Below are positions 53,968-61,549 of a stretch of 64,000 nucleotides of DNA, piece after piece (position 1 is the first letter of the stretch; each line of letters begins with the position of its first letter). The notes below the pieces were generated by a model. That model saw nothing but the letters and a program-made list of their open reading frames with translations. It made no database searches and was not told the origin of the DNA. The stretch comes from an uncultured bacterium (GTDB lineage Bacteria > Chloroflexota > UBA5177 > JANWHV01): assembly GCA_963729625.1 (NCBI GenBank), contig CAVSOU010000007.1:1-64000 (forward strand). Direction: 5' to 3'. The position numbers were made by a program, and so were the translations under genes.

Positions 53968-54999
53968 TCAGTTGTTCTTCGCACCTTGATCTATCCACTT
54001 GGTGATAGTGTCGATCTCATTCGAGGATAAGTACGGCCCGCCCAACGGCATGCGCGCCCCACCGGGCTGCGCCGTGCCCGGCTGGATGATCTTCCACAGG
54101 ACGCTGTCCTTGTGGTCTCCCGCCTTAAAGACCGGGCCTGGAACAATACTGCCTCCGGCCATGAGCCCGCTGTACGAGGCGAGGCTGAGCCCGCCTAGCT
54201 TCTGACTGATATGGCAGGCAATGCAATGGTTCTGGAAGATCGACTCCACATTCTTCTTGAAGGAGATAGTGCCGACAGGCCCGACAGCCGCTGCCTGCTG
54301 CTGCTTGACCCAGGTCTGGAACTGCGCCGCAGGGAGCACATACAGGTTCTCCCGCATGTAGGCGTGTCCAGGACCGCACAATTCCGCGCAGATCAGGTGG
54401 TAGCTTCCTGCCCGCGTGGGCTTGAAGTGCATAGACGTGGGGTACCCCGGAACGGCGTCCTGCTTCACCCGAAACTCCGGTACCCAGAAGGAGTGAATCA
54501 CATCGTTTGAGTGCAAGTTGATCGTAACGTCCTGATTGAGGGGCAAGTGGCAACTGTTGCCTTCGACGATGTTGTATTTAGGATGCTGGCACGTCCACTG
54601 GTATTGCGCCGCGGTCACGTTCACAACATACGCGTCCTTGTGGTTGGCAATAATATCCGAGTAGACTTTGTAGCTCATGCCGGTCAGCACAATGAGGAAG
54701 ATCGCGGGGATTATGGACCAGACGACTTCGAGACGGGTGTTGCCGTGGATGTCTGACCCCAGGGCGTCAGGCTCATCCCCAGGCCGGCGTCGATACCTGA
54801 GCACCAGGTAAAGGAGAAAGCCCTCGACAATCAGGAAGACCGCTACCGCCGCTATGGACATGAACTTGAAAATGAAGTCCACCTCTTGCGCATGGTCGGT
54901 CGCCTCGGGCAGAATGCCCGATATCGGCGTTACGATAATCCACCAGCTCACGGCGATGAAGATGACGAAAAGAATGGCAGAAACTCGAGCTAAGCTCAT
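53968..54999 (-). CDS. ctaC: Cytochrome c oxidase subunit II fused to a C-terminal c-type cytochrome
   Basis: CuA ligands DVIHSFW..CAELCGPGHAYM; C-terminal CIACH..RMPLGG..WIDQGA. Confidence 0.95.
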   Translation of the reverse strand: MSLARVSAILFVIFIAVSWWIIVTPISGILPEATDHAQEVDFIFKFMSIAAVAVFLIVEGFLLYLVLRYRRRPGDEPDALGSDIHGNTRLEVVWSIIPAIFLIVLTGMSYKVYSDIIANHKDAYVVNVTAAQYQWTCQHPKYNIVEGNSCHLPLNQDVTINLHSNDVIHSFWVPEFRVKQDAVPGYPTSMHFKPTRAGSYHLICAELCGPGHAYMRENLYVLPAAQFQTWVKQQQAAAVGPVGTISFKKNVESIFQNHCIACHISQKLGGLSLASYSGLMAGGSIVPGPVFKAGDHKDSVLWKIIQPGTAQPGGARMPLGGPYLSSNEIDTITKWIDQGAKNN

Positions 55000-55406
55000 A
55001 GTCGTGACGTGACCTCTCTCCGACACGGGACCACGCGCAGCAAACTGCAAATAGACAGCCCAATCGCAGGCAACCGAGCACCGGCGGCATACGCGGCGGT
55101 CCGCGGCTGGGGCAACCACGTACCAAGCTCGTCTGCCGGCGGCACATACCGCTTGCCGCCAGCCAGGCCTCGCACACGGGGATTTTGCCCCTGCACCTGC
55201 TCAGTCGGCACGGGTCGCATGCTTACGGCCCGATCCCGCAGCGCGCACAACCCTCCACCCCGCGTAACCAGAAGCCAGGGTGTAGCTACACCCCTGTGCT
55301 GCCTGCGAATATCCTACATGTGGACCTCCATTTAGTCAAATTATAGACAGCGCAATCTATTTATTCCATGGAATACGCGCTCGACAGTAGGTCGTGTACG
55401 CCGTGC

Positions 55407-55441
55407 TTGCGGAACGATCCGCGGAAGCGTAGCATTGCCAC
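55407..55441 (+). promoter_or_regulatory. Probable leaderless promoter of the WYL gene
   Basis: TTGCGG-17-TAGCAT-6 nt-ATG, with no SD sequence. Confidence 0.55.
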
Positions 55442-56413
55442 ATGAATCGTATGGATCGACTGTTTGCGCTGTTGTTGCAGCTACAGGCGCGCGGCATGGC
55501 TCGATCGCAGGACTTGGCACAGATCTTCGAAGTGAGTCAGCGCACGATCTACCGTGATATTCAGGCCCTCTGCGAAGCAGGCGTACCGGTTGTGTCCCTC
55601 CCTGGCCAGGGCTACGCGTTGACCGCCGGATACTTTCTGCCACCGCTCATGTTCACCGGCCTGGAAGGGGCGGCCCTGGCGTTCGGCGCAGAGTACGCTG
55701 CGCGAGTGGTAGACGAACCATTCAGGGCGGCAGCCCAATCGGCTCAGGCGAAGCTCGGCAATGCCCTCACTGCCGAGTCTTCTAGAGCGCTTCGAGAAGT
55801 GCAGGAATCCGTAGCGTGTGTCTACCCAGACGCTGCGCCGGCTCATCACCAGCTTCGCGAACTACGTAATGCCATTTTCGCGCGCTGCGTTCTCAGAATC
55901 ACCTACCACGCTTATGGTCGGCCGCTCGCGGAAGATCGCGATGTCGAGCCCTATGCCCTGCTGCACTTCAGCCAGGCCTGGCAGCTTCTAGCGTATTGCA
56001 GGGATCGTCGCGCACCCCGCATGTTTCGGCTGGACCGCATCGACCAGGTAGTAGCGCTCGACGAGCACTTCGGCCACAGCCATCATGTGCGTCAGCACGT
56101 CGCGGCGTGTGGCTCCCTCGGCGTTGCCGACGTCGTCGAGGTGCGCGTCGACTCGCGAGCCCTGCGCTGGATTCTCGAGGAGATACCGGACGGTCTGGTC
56201 GAAAAGCGCGATGAAGGACGGTTCACGATGTTGAGATTCAACGTGTGCGACCCCGCCTCCACCGTGCGTTGGCTGATGCAGTGGGCCGGTGATGTCGAGA
56301 TCATCGCGCCTCCCGCCTATCGGCGGCGCATTGCTGAACTGGGCGAGCGGATCGTCGCAAGCCACGCCGGAGATTGCTCGGGCGCCGGCAGGAGCCTGCT
56401 CGACAACGGATGA
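55442..56413 (+). CDS. YafY-family HTH-WYL transcriptional regulator
   Basis: MNRMDRL, FEVSQRTIYRDI, GYFLPPLMFT, VEPYAL..WQLLAYCRDR..RMFRLDRI. Confidence 0.95.
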   Translation: MNRMDRLFALLLQLQARGMARSQDLAQIFEVSQRTIYRDIQALCEAGVPVVSLPGQGYALTAGYFLPPLMFTGLEGAALAFGAEYAARVVDEPFRAAAQSAQAKLGNALTAESSRALREVQESVACVYPDAAPAHHQLRELRNAIFARCVLRITYHAYGRPLAEDRDVEPYALLHFSQAWQLLAYCRDRRAPRMFRLDRIDQVVALDEHFGHSHHVRQHVAACGSLGVADVVEVRVDSRALRWILEEIPDGLVEKRDEGRFTMLRFNVCDPASTVRWLMQWAGDVEIIAPPAYRRRIAELGERIVASHAGDCSGAGRSLLDNG

Positions 56414-56432
56414 CTAGCGACATGCACGTCTC

Positions 56433-56546
56433 ATGATTCAGGGCGCGGTTGTCCAGCACGCGATAGCCACACCTGTCCTGGCTATTATGGTGGCGTTCAT
56501 CGTCGCGATAGCCGCGCTCGCCGTGTGGTACGGACGCACGCGCTGA
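56433..56546 (+). CDS. 37-aa single-pass membrane protein (below the ORF-track cutoff)
   Basis: MIQGAVVQHAIATPVLAIMVAFIVAIAALAVWYGRTR*: clean TM helix followed by W/Y and basic residues. Confidence 0.5.
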   Translation: MIQGAVVQHAIATPVLAIMVAFIVAIAALAVWYGRTR

Positions 56547-56612
56547 GCGACTGTCGTCCCGGGCGGGATGTCGGGCCGCGCTCGGCCAAGCACATGGCCG
56601 CCAGATCGGTCA

Positions 56613-56998
56613 CCTCAACCAAGCATGTAAGCCGAGTTCTGTACTCTGGTCGAGACCAGAGTGACGACCATCTCTCTAGGGCGCCGGTTGCCCGGCGTCT
56701 CAAGCAACCAACCCGGGAGACCGGGGGGGAGCCACCCCCGAGCAGCAAGAGTGCCGCTCTGCCCCCTGTTCGGTCTTGCTCCAGATGGGGTTTGCCGCGG
56801 CCAGACGGTCACCCGCCTGCCGGTGAGCTCTTACCTCACCATTTCACCCTTGCCCGGCCCGAAAGCCGTCGGCGGTATGTTTCTGTGGCACTTTCCTTAA
56901 GGTCACCCTCACTGGGCGTTACCCAGCATCTTGGCTCGCTGGAGCTCGGACTTTCCTCACGCGGCGGAGCCGCCCGCGGCCGTCCTGCTTGGTTGAGG
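56613..56998 (-). ncRNA. rnpB: RNase P RNA, type A
   Basis: GAGGAAAGTCC, AGTGCCACAGAAA, GGGTGAAATGG, GGCAAACCCC..GAGCAA, ACAGAACTCGGCTTA; P1 helix CCTCAACCAAGCA/TGCTTGGTTGAGG. Confidence 0.97.
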
Positions 56999-57006
56999 CA
57001 CAGTAC

Positions 57007-57035
57007 AGCCTAGCACCGTGGGTTCTCGCGGTCAA
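57007..57035 (-). promoter_or_regulatory. rnpB promoter
   Basis: TTGACC-17-TAGGCT with an extended TG, 8 nt before P1. Confidence 0.75.
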
Positions 57036-57109
57036 CCGGTCCAACTTGGTCGGGCACGGTCTGCAAATAGTCGGTTGCCGGTTCAACTCCCGACGGCGGT
57101 GCTCGCGTC

Positions 57110-57185
57110 TGACCATGTATGGTCGCGCTTCTGCTATGACCATGTATGGTCAGGTCTGGCGACCATTTTCAGACCGTGCTTGGTC
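57110..57185. repeat. Tandem palindromic repeats GACCAT-GT-ATGGTC
   Basis: Identical 15-mers TGACCATGTATGGTC at 57110 and 57137; degenerate GACCGTGCTTGGTC at 57172. Confidence 0.75.
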
Positions 57186-57323
57186 GGGCGCACCAGGAAA
57201 ATGTGACGGCCGTCGAAACCCCGGCGTTCACGCCGGGGAGCCTCACTGATGGCCTAGCAGTGGCCTTCAGGCCGCCCAAACTCTCGCGCTCCGGGAAAGG
57301 CCATAAACGTGACAAGTGACCCA

Positions 57324-60257
57324 CTAAAGGTCGGCGCGCGGCAGGCTGAAGCTGAACTCACTACCCTGGCCTACGACACTGCTGACCGAAATCGATCCGC
57401 CCATCTGCTCGACAAGCTGCTTGGATATGAACAGCCCCAATCCCGTGCCGACGTGTCCGGCCCGAATCACCTGGTCGATCTTGCCAAAGCGAGTGAACAG
57501 TCGTGGTAGGTCCTGCGACCTGATGCCTTGTCCGCGATCCAGCACGGTGAACTTTACGGAATCTGGCAGTACGGTGCAGCGAAGCGCTATCTCCATGCCT
57601 TCGGGCGAATACTTGACCCCGTTGTCCATCAGATTTACGAGCACCTGTTGCACGCGGTCCGCATCCGCCAGCACCTCAGGCAGTGGCTCGGGTATATCGA
57701 GGTCGACGCGCTGGCCTCTGTATTTCTGTCTGATTTCCTGTACCGCGGGACCGATCAGGTCGTCGAGATGCACGCGCCGGATGGTCAGCGGCAGCATCCC
57801 TCCCTCAACGCGCGAGACAAATAGGAGATCCTGCACCAGTCGCTGGAGCCGCTTGCTGGCACCTAGAACACGCTCTAGATAGCGTTGTTTCCGCTCATCG
57901 TCCAACTGGTCCCAATACGTGAGCAGTGTTTCAGTGAATCCCTTGATGCCGGTTAGGGGTGTGCGAAGCTCATGCGATACAGTAGACACAAAATCCGTGC
58001 GCAGCTGGTCGAGCTCTTCCAGGCGTTTCTTCGCCTCGTGCTCACGCGCATATATACGTGCGTTGCGCACGGCGAAGCTCACTTGCCTGGCGAATTGCGA
58101 GACTGAATCAGCTTCTTGCATGGTGTATGCGCCCGCGTCGACGCTAAACAGGTCCATGAAAACTATGTAGTCACCATCGATCAGCAGCGGTACCGCTATC
58201 CACGATTGAATCGCCTCGTAACCGTGAATGGCTCGCCATAACGGCTCACGATTGGTGTCGTTGACCACGATCGCAGTATCGGAGTCGACCATCTGGCTGT
58301 ACAGGGGCTCCGTAAGGATCGTCGCCTGATGAAGTGGCTCGTAGACCTCGATGCCGCCCTTCGAGAGCGTGACGGCCGCCTCGACCACACCCTGATTCAC
58401 CACGTGCACCGCGGACACATCGCTATCGATCATGGACTCGGCGTAGCGCAGAACCTGGCGCATCACATCCCGAAGCTCGAGAGTGGAGCCAAGTGAGTGC
58501 GTCATGGTCTGTTGTAGCTCCGCAAACTCCCGGCGCCTCAGCTCGAGGGCATAAAGGCGGCCACGCTCGATGGCTACCGCTGCCTGATTGGCGAACGCTT
58601 GCAAGAGCTCCTGGTGCTCGGACTTGTAGTAGCGAGCAACGTCAACGGCAGTCGCCAACACGCCGATTACCTCACCGCTCGCGATAAGGGGCAGCAGTAG
58701 AGCGGACTTGGCATGCGTGGATCGGATCAGTTCTGGAACGGCCGGCTGGCCGCGCGCATCGAGATCGTCAATCAGCTCAGGTTTGCCCAGAAGCGCGCAC
58801 CGCCCGAGCAAGCCCTCTCCAGGCCTGATCGAGGATGGCTGCGCATCCCCATTCGAGAGGCCCGCGCCGGCGACGAACTCAAGCAGGCCAGACTTCTGAT
58901 CGATCAGGTAGATGAGGCACAGCTTGCTCCTGGTAAGCTGAACCGCGGCAGCAGTGATCGTGCGCAGCGTCCCACCGAGATCAAGTGACGAGCTCATCAT
59001 CTGACCGGTTCGGTACAGCGTCGTGAGCTGCTCCGCCCGGGCAGTCGCGTCGGCCAGAGATTTCGCATTTGCCAGCGCGACGCTGACCAACTCGCTCACG
59101 CCGACTGCCACGTCGAAATCCCGCTTCCGAAAGTGGTGGCTGTTCGCGGTCCAGAACACCGCAAACGCATCGCCCGGCCGGTTGGCGATGTTCAGTGGAA
59201 TAATCATGGCCGAACGGAACCCTCGAGCCTGGACAAGTCGGTCCGGCAGTACGCGCGCGATGGCGACTTCTTCGAGGCTGGTGGGCGTCGATCCGCGCAG
59301 CGTCGGTTCCAGCTCTTCAACTCTGCTCGGCGACAGCTTGACCTCGGTCAGCGTTGTGAGCTTACCATCCAGTGCGGCAGGCTCGAGCATACGGAGCTCA
59401 ACCCGCTTGACGTCCAAATAGAGCAAGCCCGCGCACTGTCCGCCGAAGAGGCCTGGCAACACCTGTAGGGTGCGCTCCACCAACTGATCGATGTCTGAAG
59501 TGCCTACAACGCTCGCGACGGTCAGCAGTGACGACGATACGGCCATTGCCTCGCGCTGCATCCAGAACAACTGAATATTCTCGATGAAGGTCGAACCCTG
59601 GCGAGCGAGCAATTCCAAAGCCTGGCGCGTGGAAGCGCGAAGCCTTGAGGTCGTCGCAAGCTTTCCGGCTACGCAAAAGCCTATCGTGCCTTGGCCTGGA
59701 GCCTCGAGAGCGGTCACATAGAGCCTGCGCTTCTCCCGCCATACTTGCGCAGATCCGTTCGAAAGCGGCACGACTCTTGGCGAGGGTGGGAGGCACGCGA
59801 AAAGCGGCGCAAAGCAGGCCGCTACGTCTTGATCCTCCAGGAGCTTCTCGCCTTCGGCGAAAACCACCTCACCGCCGCTGTGGAATGCCCTGCCCAGCAC
59901 GTTATCGTAGACTCGCTTCGGGATCGCTACGGCAAGGACCTCTTGCCACGCGTCCACGGACACGCCCGACATTGCCTCCGCGTAGAAAGCTTCGTCGGAC
60001 GAATCAAAGAAGTAGACCACCGCAAAGCTGAAGACACCAACGTCCGCGTATATGTCCGCAAGCTTGCGCGAAAAACCATCAAGGCTCGTCTCCGGACCGA
60101 CAGTCTGGCTGAGCGCGAGGATTCGTTGCAGAACGCGAGCGGCCACACCGACCTGGCGCCCGCTGTCTTCCACCGGCGCTCGAGGAATGGGCGGAACGGC
60201 GTTATCGGGCCGATTATGCGTCGTTGTCGCGGCGGTCGCAGTATGCACGATCGTCAT
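57324..60257 (-). CDS. Multi-GAF sensor histidine kinase
   Basis: About 4 GAF-like repeats, H-box FVSTVSHELRTPL, QVLVNLMDNGVKYS, DRGQGI, GTGLGL. Confidence 0.94.
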   Translation of the reverse strand: MTIVHTATAATTTHNRPDNAVPPIPRAPVEDSGRQVGVAARVLQRILALSQTVGPETSLDGFSRKLADIYADVGVFSFAVVYFFDSSDEAFYAEAMSGVSVDAWQEVLAVAIPKRVYDNVLGRAFHSGGEVVFAEGEKLLEDQDVAACFAPLFACLPPSPRVVPLSNGSAQVWREKRRLYVTALEAPGQGTIGFCVAGKLATTSRLRASTRQALELLARQGSTFIENIQLFWMQREAMAVSSSLLTVASVVGTSDIDQLVERTLQVLPGLFGGQCAGLLYLDVKRVELRMLEPAALDGKLTTLTEVKLSPSRVEELEPTLRGSTPTSLEEVAIARVLPDRLVQARGFRSAMIIPLNIANRPGDAFAVFWTANSHHFRKRDFDVAVGVSELVSVALANAKSLADATARAEQLTTLYRTGQMMSSSLDLGGTLRTITAAAVQLTRSKLCLIYLIDQKSGLLEFVAGAGLSNGDAQPSSIRPGEGLLGRCALLGKPELIDDLDARGQPAVPELIRSTHAKSALLLPLIASGEVIGVLATAVDVARYYKSEHQELLQAFANQAAVAIERGRLYALELRRREFAELQQTMTHSLGSTLELRDVMRQVLRYAESMIDSDVSAVHVVNQGVVEAAVTLSKGGIEVYEPLHQATILTEPLYSQMVDSDTAIVVNDTNREPLWRAIHGYEAIQSWIAVPLLIDGDYIVFMDLFSVDAGAYTMQEADSVSQFARQVSFAVRNARIYAREHEAKKRLEELDQLRTDFVSTVSHELRTPLTGIKGFTETLLTYWDQLDDERKQRYLERVLGASKRLQRLVQDLLFVSRVEGGMLPLTIRRVHLDDLIGPAVQEIRQKYRGQRVDLDIPEPLPEVLADADRVQQVLVNLMDNGVKYSPEGMEIALRCTVLPDSVKFTVLDRGQGIRSQDLPRLFTRFGKIDQVIRAGHVGTGLGLFISKQLVEQMGGSISVSSVVGQGSEFSFSLPRADL

Positions 60258-60309
60258 GGCCTCGCTACGCGCAACATGCCACGATCACCGCGGCAACGCA
60301 CCACTGTCG

Positions 60310-60466
60310 GCGCCCGCGCGCCGATCCAACCATCATAAGCCGGTCTTTAGAACTCCTAGCACAGCTTCCCACTCGCGTCTGCCGCTCCGGCCTGGATTCA
60401 CACCAGGGAACCCCGTCTACCGAGTCGTAACCCGGCTTGCAACCGATACACTGGCAGAAGGGCTCA
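60310..60466 (-). ncRNA. ssrS: Probable 6S RNA
   Basis: About 157-nt rod: bulged closing stem UCUGC-ca-GUGU-au-CGGU pairing with AUCGGCGCGCGGG; inner helix AAGCCGG/CCGGCUU; central bubble with GAGUUCUAAA; apical CCUGG/CCAGG. Confidence 0.65.
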
Positions 60467-60591
60467 CGCACCGTACGTCCTTACGCCTCAGTGCGTAGTT
60501 GCCGTTCGCTCAAGCATATCACAGGTAAGCGGGCACTTCGGCCGGACTGGTGTATCGCTGGCACTTCCACAGCGAGCCTGGTACGGCGGCG

Positions 60592-61320
60592 TCATCGATG
60601 CTCAGTGCGACTCTCGAGTGCAGAGACATAGGCTTTGAGGTTGTCAATCGATCGCAGGCCTTCGACATAGACCACGAGCGCGTCCGCGCCAAGGTATTCA
60701 CAAGCTGCGGCGGCGTCCGGCGGCACTCCCGGTCCAGCGCGCAACAGCAACGGTTTCTTGAGAACCTCACTGAGGGCACGCAGGCGCAGCGCGTCGGCAT
60801 ACGTGTACTCGGACCGTTCGCTCTCGGCTTCATCGACGAGCACCGCATCAATTGCCAGGCCGTTCAGCCCGTGAGCGATCTGGAGATCGAGCTCGAATGG
60901 AACAGTCAGCACCCGTGCTGGCATATCCCACGCCATGGTAGAGATATGGCCTGTGATTGGTAGCCGAACCCAATCAGCATGCGCCTCTTCTGCGCTGGCC
61001 GCGGCAGCGGCGTTGGCATCCGGCGGCAGAGAGATGCCGTAAGGCACCTTGAGACGCTCCGACAGCTGAAACAGCCGCTGCAGATCCTTGTTGGTCACGG
61101 AGCGGATCTCGACAGCGTCCGCGCCGGCGTCCGCAGCGGCCATGATGGCGTCAAGATCGGCTTCTGAGAACGACGCGACCAGGGCCGTCGTCCGCCTCGA
61201 CGCACCAGCCGCCACCTTGAACCCGAAACCCGGACCACCGTGCGACCCCGAGAAAGACCGCATGATCTCCACCAACCGGCTCTGTTTTCGAGTTGACCCG
61301 GACGCGGAAAACGTGTTCAT
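60592..61320 (-). CDS. Conserved hypothetical protein, probable (beta/alpha)8 barrel
   Basis: Repeating beta/alpha pattern (GADAVEI, ADWV, IDAVLV, KPLLL, GADALVV); N-terminal PGFGF. Confidence 0.7.
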   Translation of the reverse strand: MNTFSASGSTRKQSRLVEIMRSFSGSHGGPGFGFKVAAGASRRTTALVASFSEADLDAIMAAADAGADAVEIRSVTNKDLQRLFQLSERLKVPYGISLPPDANAAAAASAEEAHADWVRLPITGHISTMAWDMPARVLTVPFELDLQIAHGLNGLAIDAVLVDEAESERSEYTYADALRLRALSEVLKKPLLLRAGPGVPPDAAAACEYLGADALVVYVEGLRSIDNLKAYVSALESRTEHR

Positions 61321-61549
61321 GGCACACCCTCGATTCTTGCGTTAGCCTGCCTCCCACGCTCAGCGTATGCTGAAGGGGCCGGGCACAGTAGCGGAAGCCT
61401 CACACGCCTGAAGGTACATGATACGCCCGAACACTGGCAGCTCAATTCGTTCCGGCGCGACGTGGCTCAGGCAGTCACGGATCCATTCCCCATAGCCTTG
61501 CTTCGGGCTTTCGAGCTTTGGTGCGGCGATTCACAGGAACCATCAACGC

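Noticed and set aside
55333-55350. Rex operator at the cox promoter
   Set aside because: Only about 11/18 match to TTGTGAA-N4-TTCACAA; too weak.
56525-57013. 162-aa ORF
   Set aside because: It is the antisense reading of the RNase P RNA gene.
57110-57185. Repeats as a mini-CRISPR array
   Set aside because: The repeat is only 15 bp with a 12-bp spacer, and there are no cas genes.
60411-60420. CCCCGTCTAC shared between the 6S-like RNA and the sugar-locus promoter at 9933
   Set aside because: A 10-bp match is plausibly chance in 64 kb of GC-rich DNA, and I see no mechanism for it.
60330-60440. SRP RNA, c-di-AMP/c-di-GMP riboswitch or raiA motif
   Set aside because: It lacks the SRP GGAA-loop motif and the riboswitch consensus blocks; 6S fits the pairing better.
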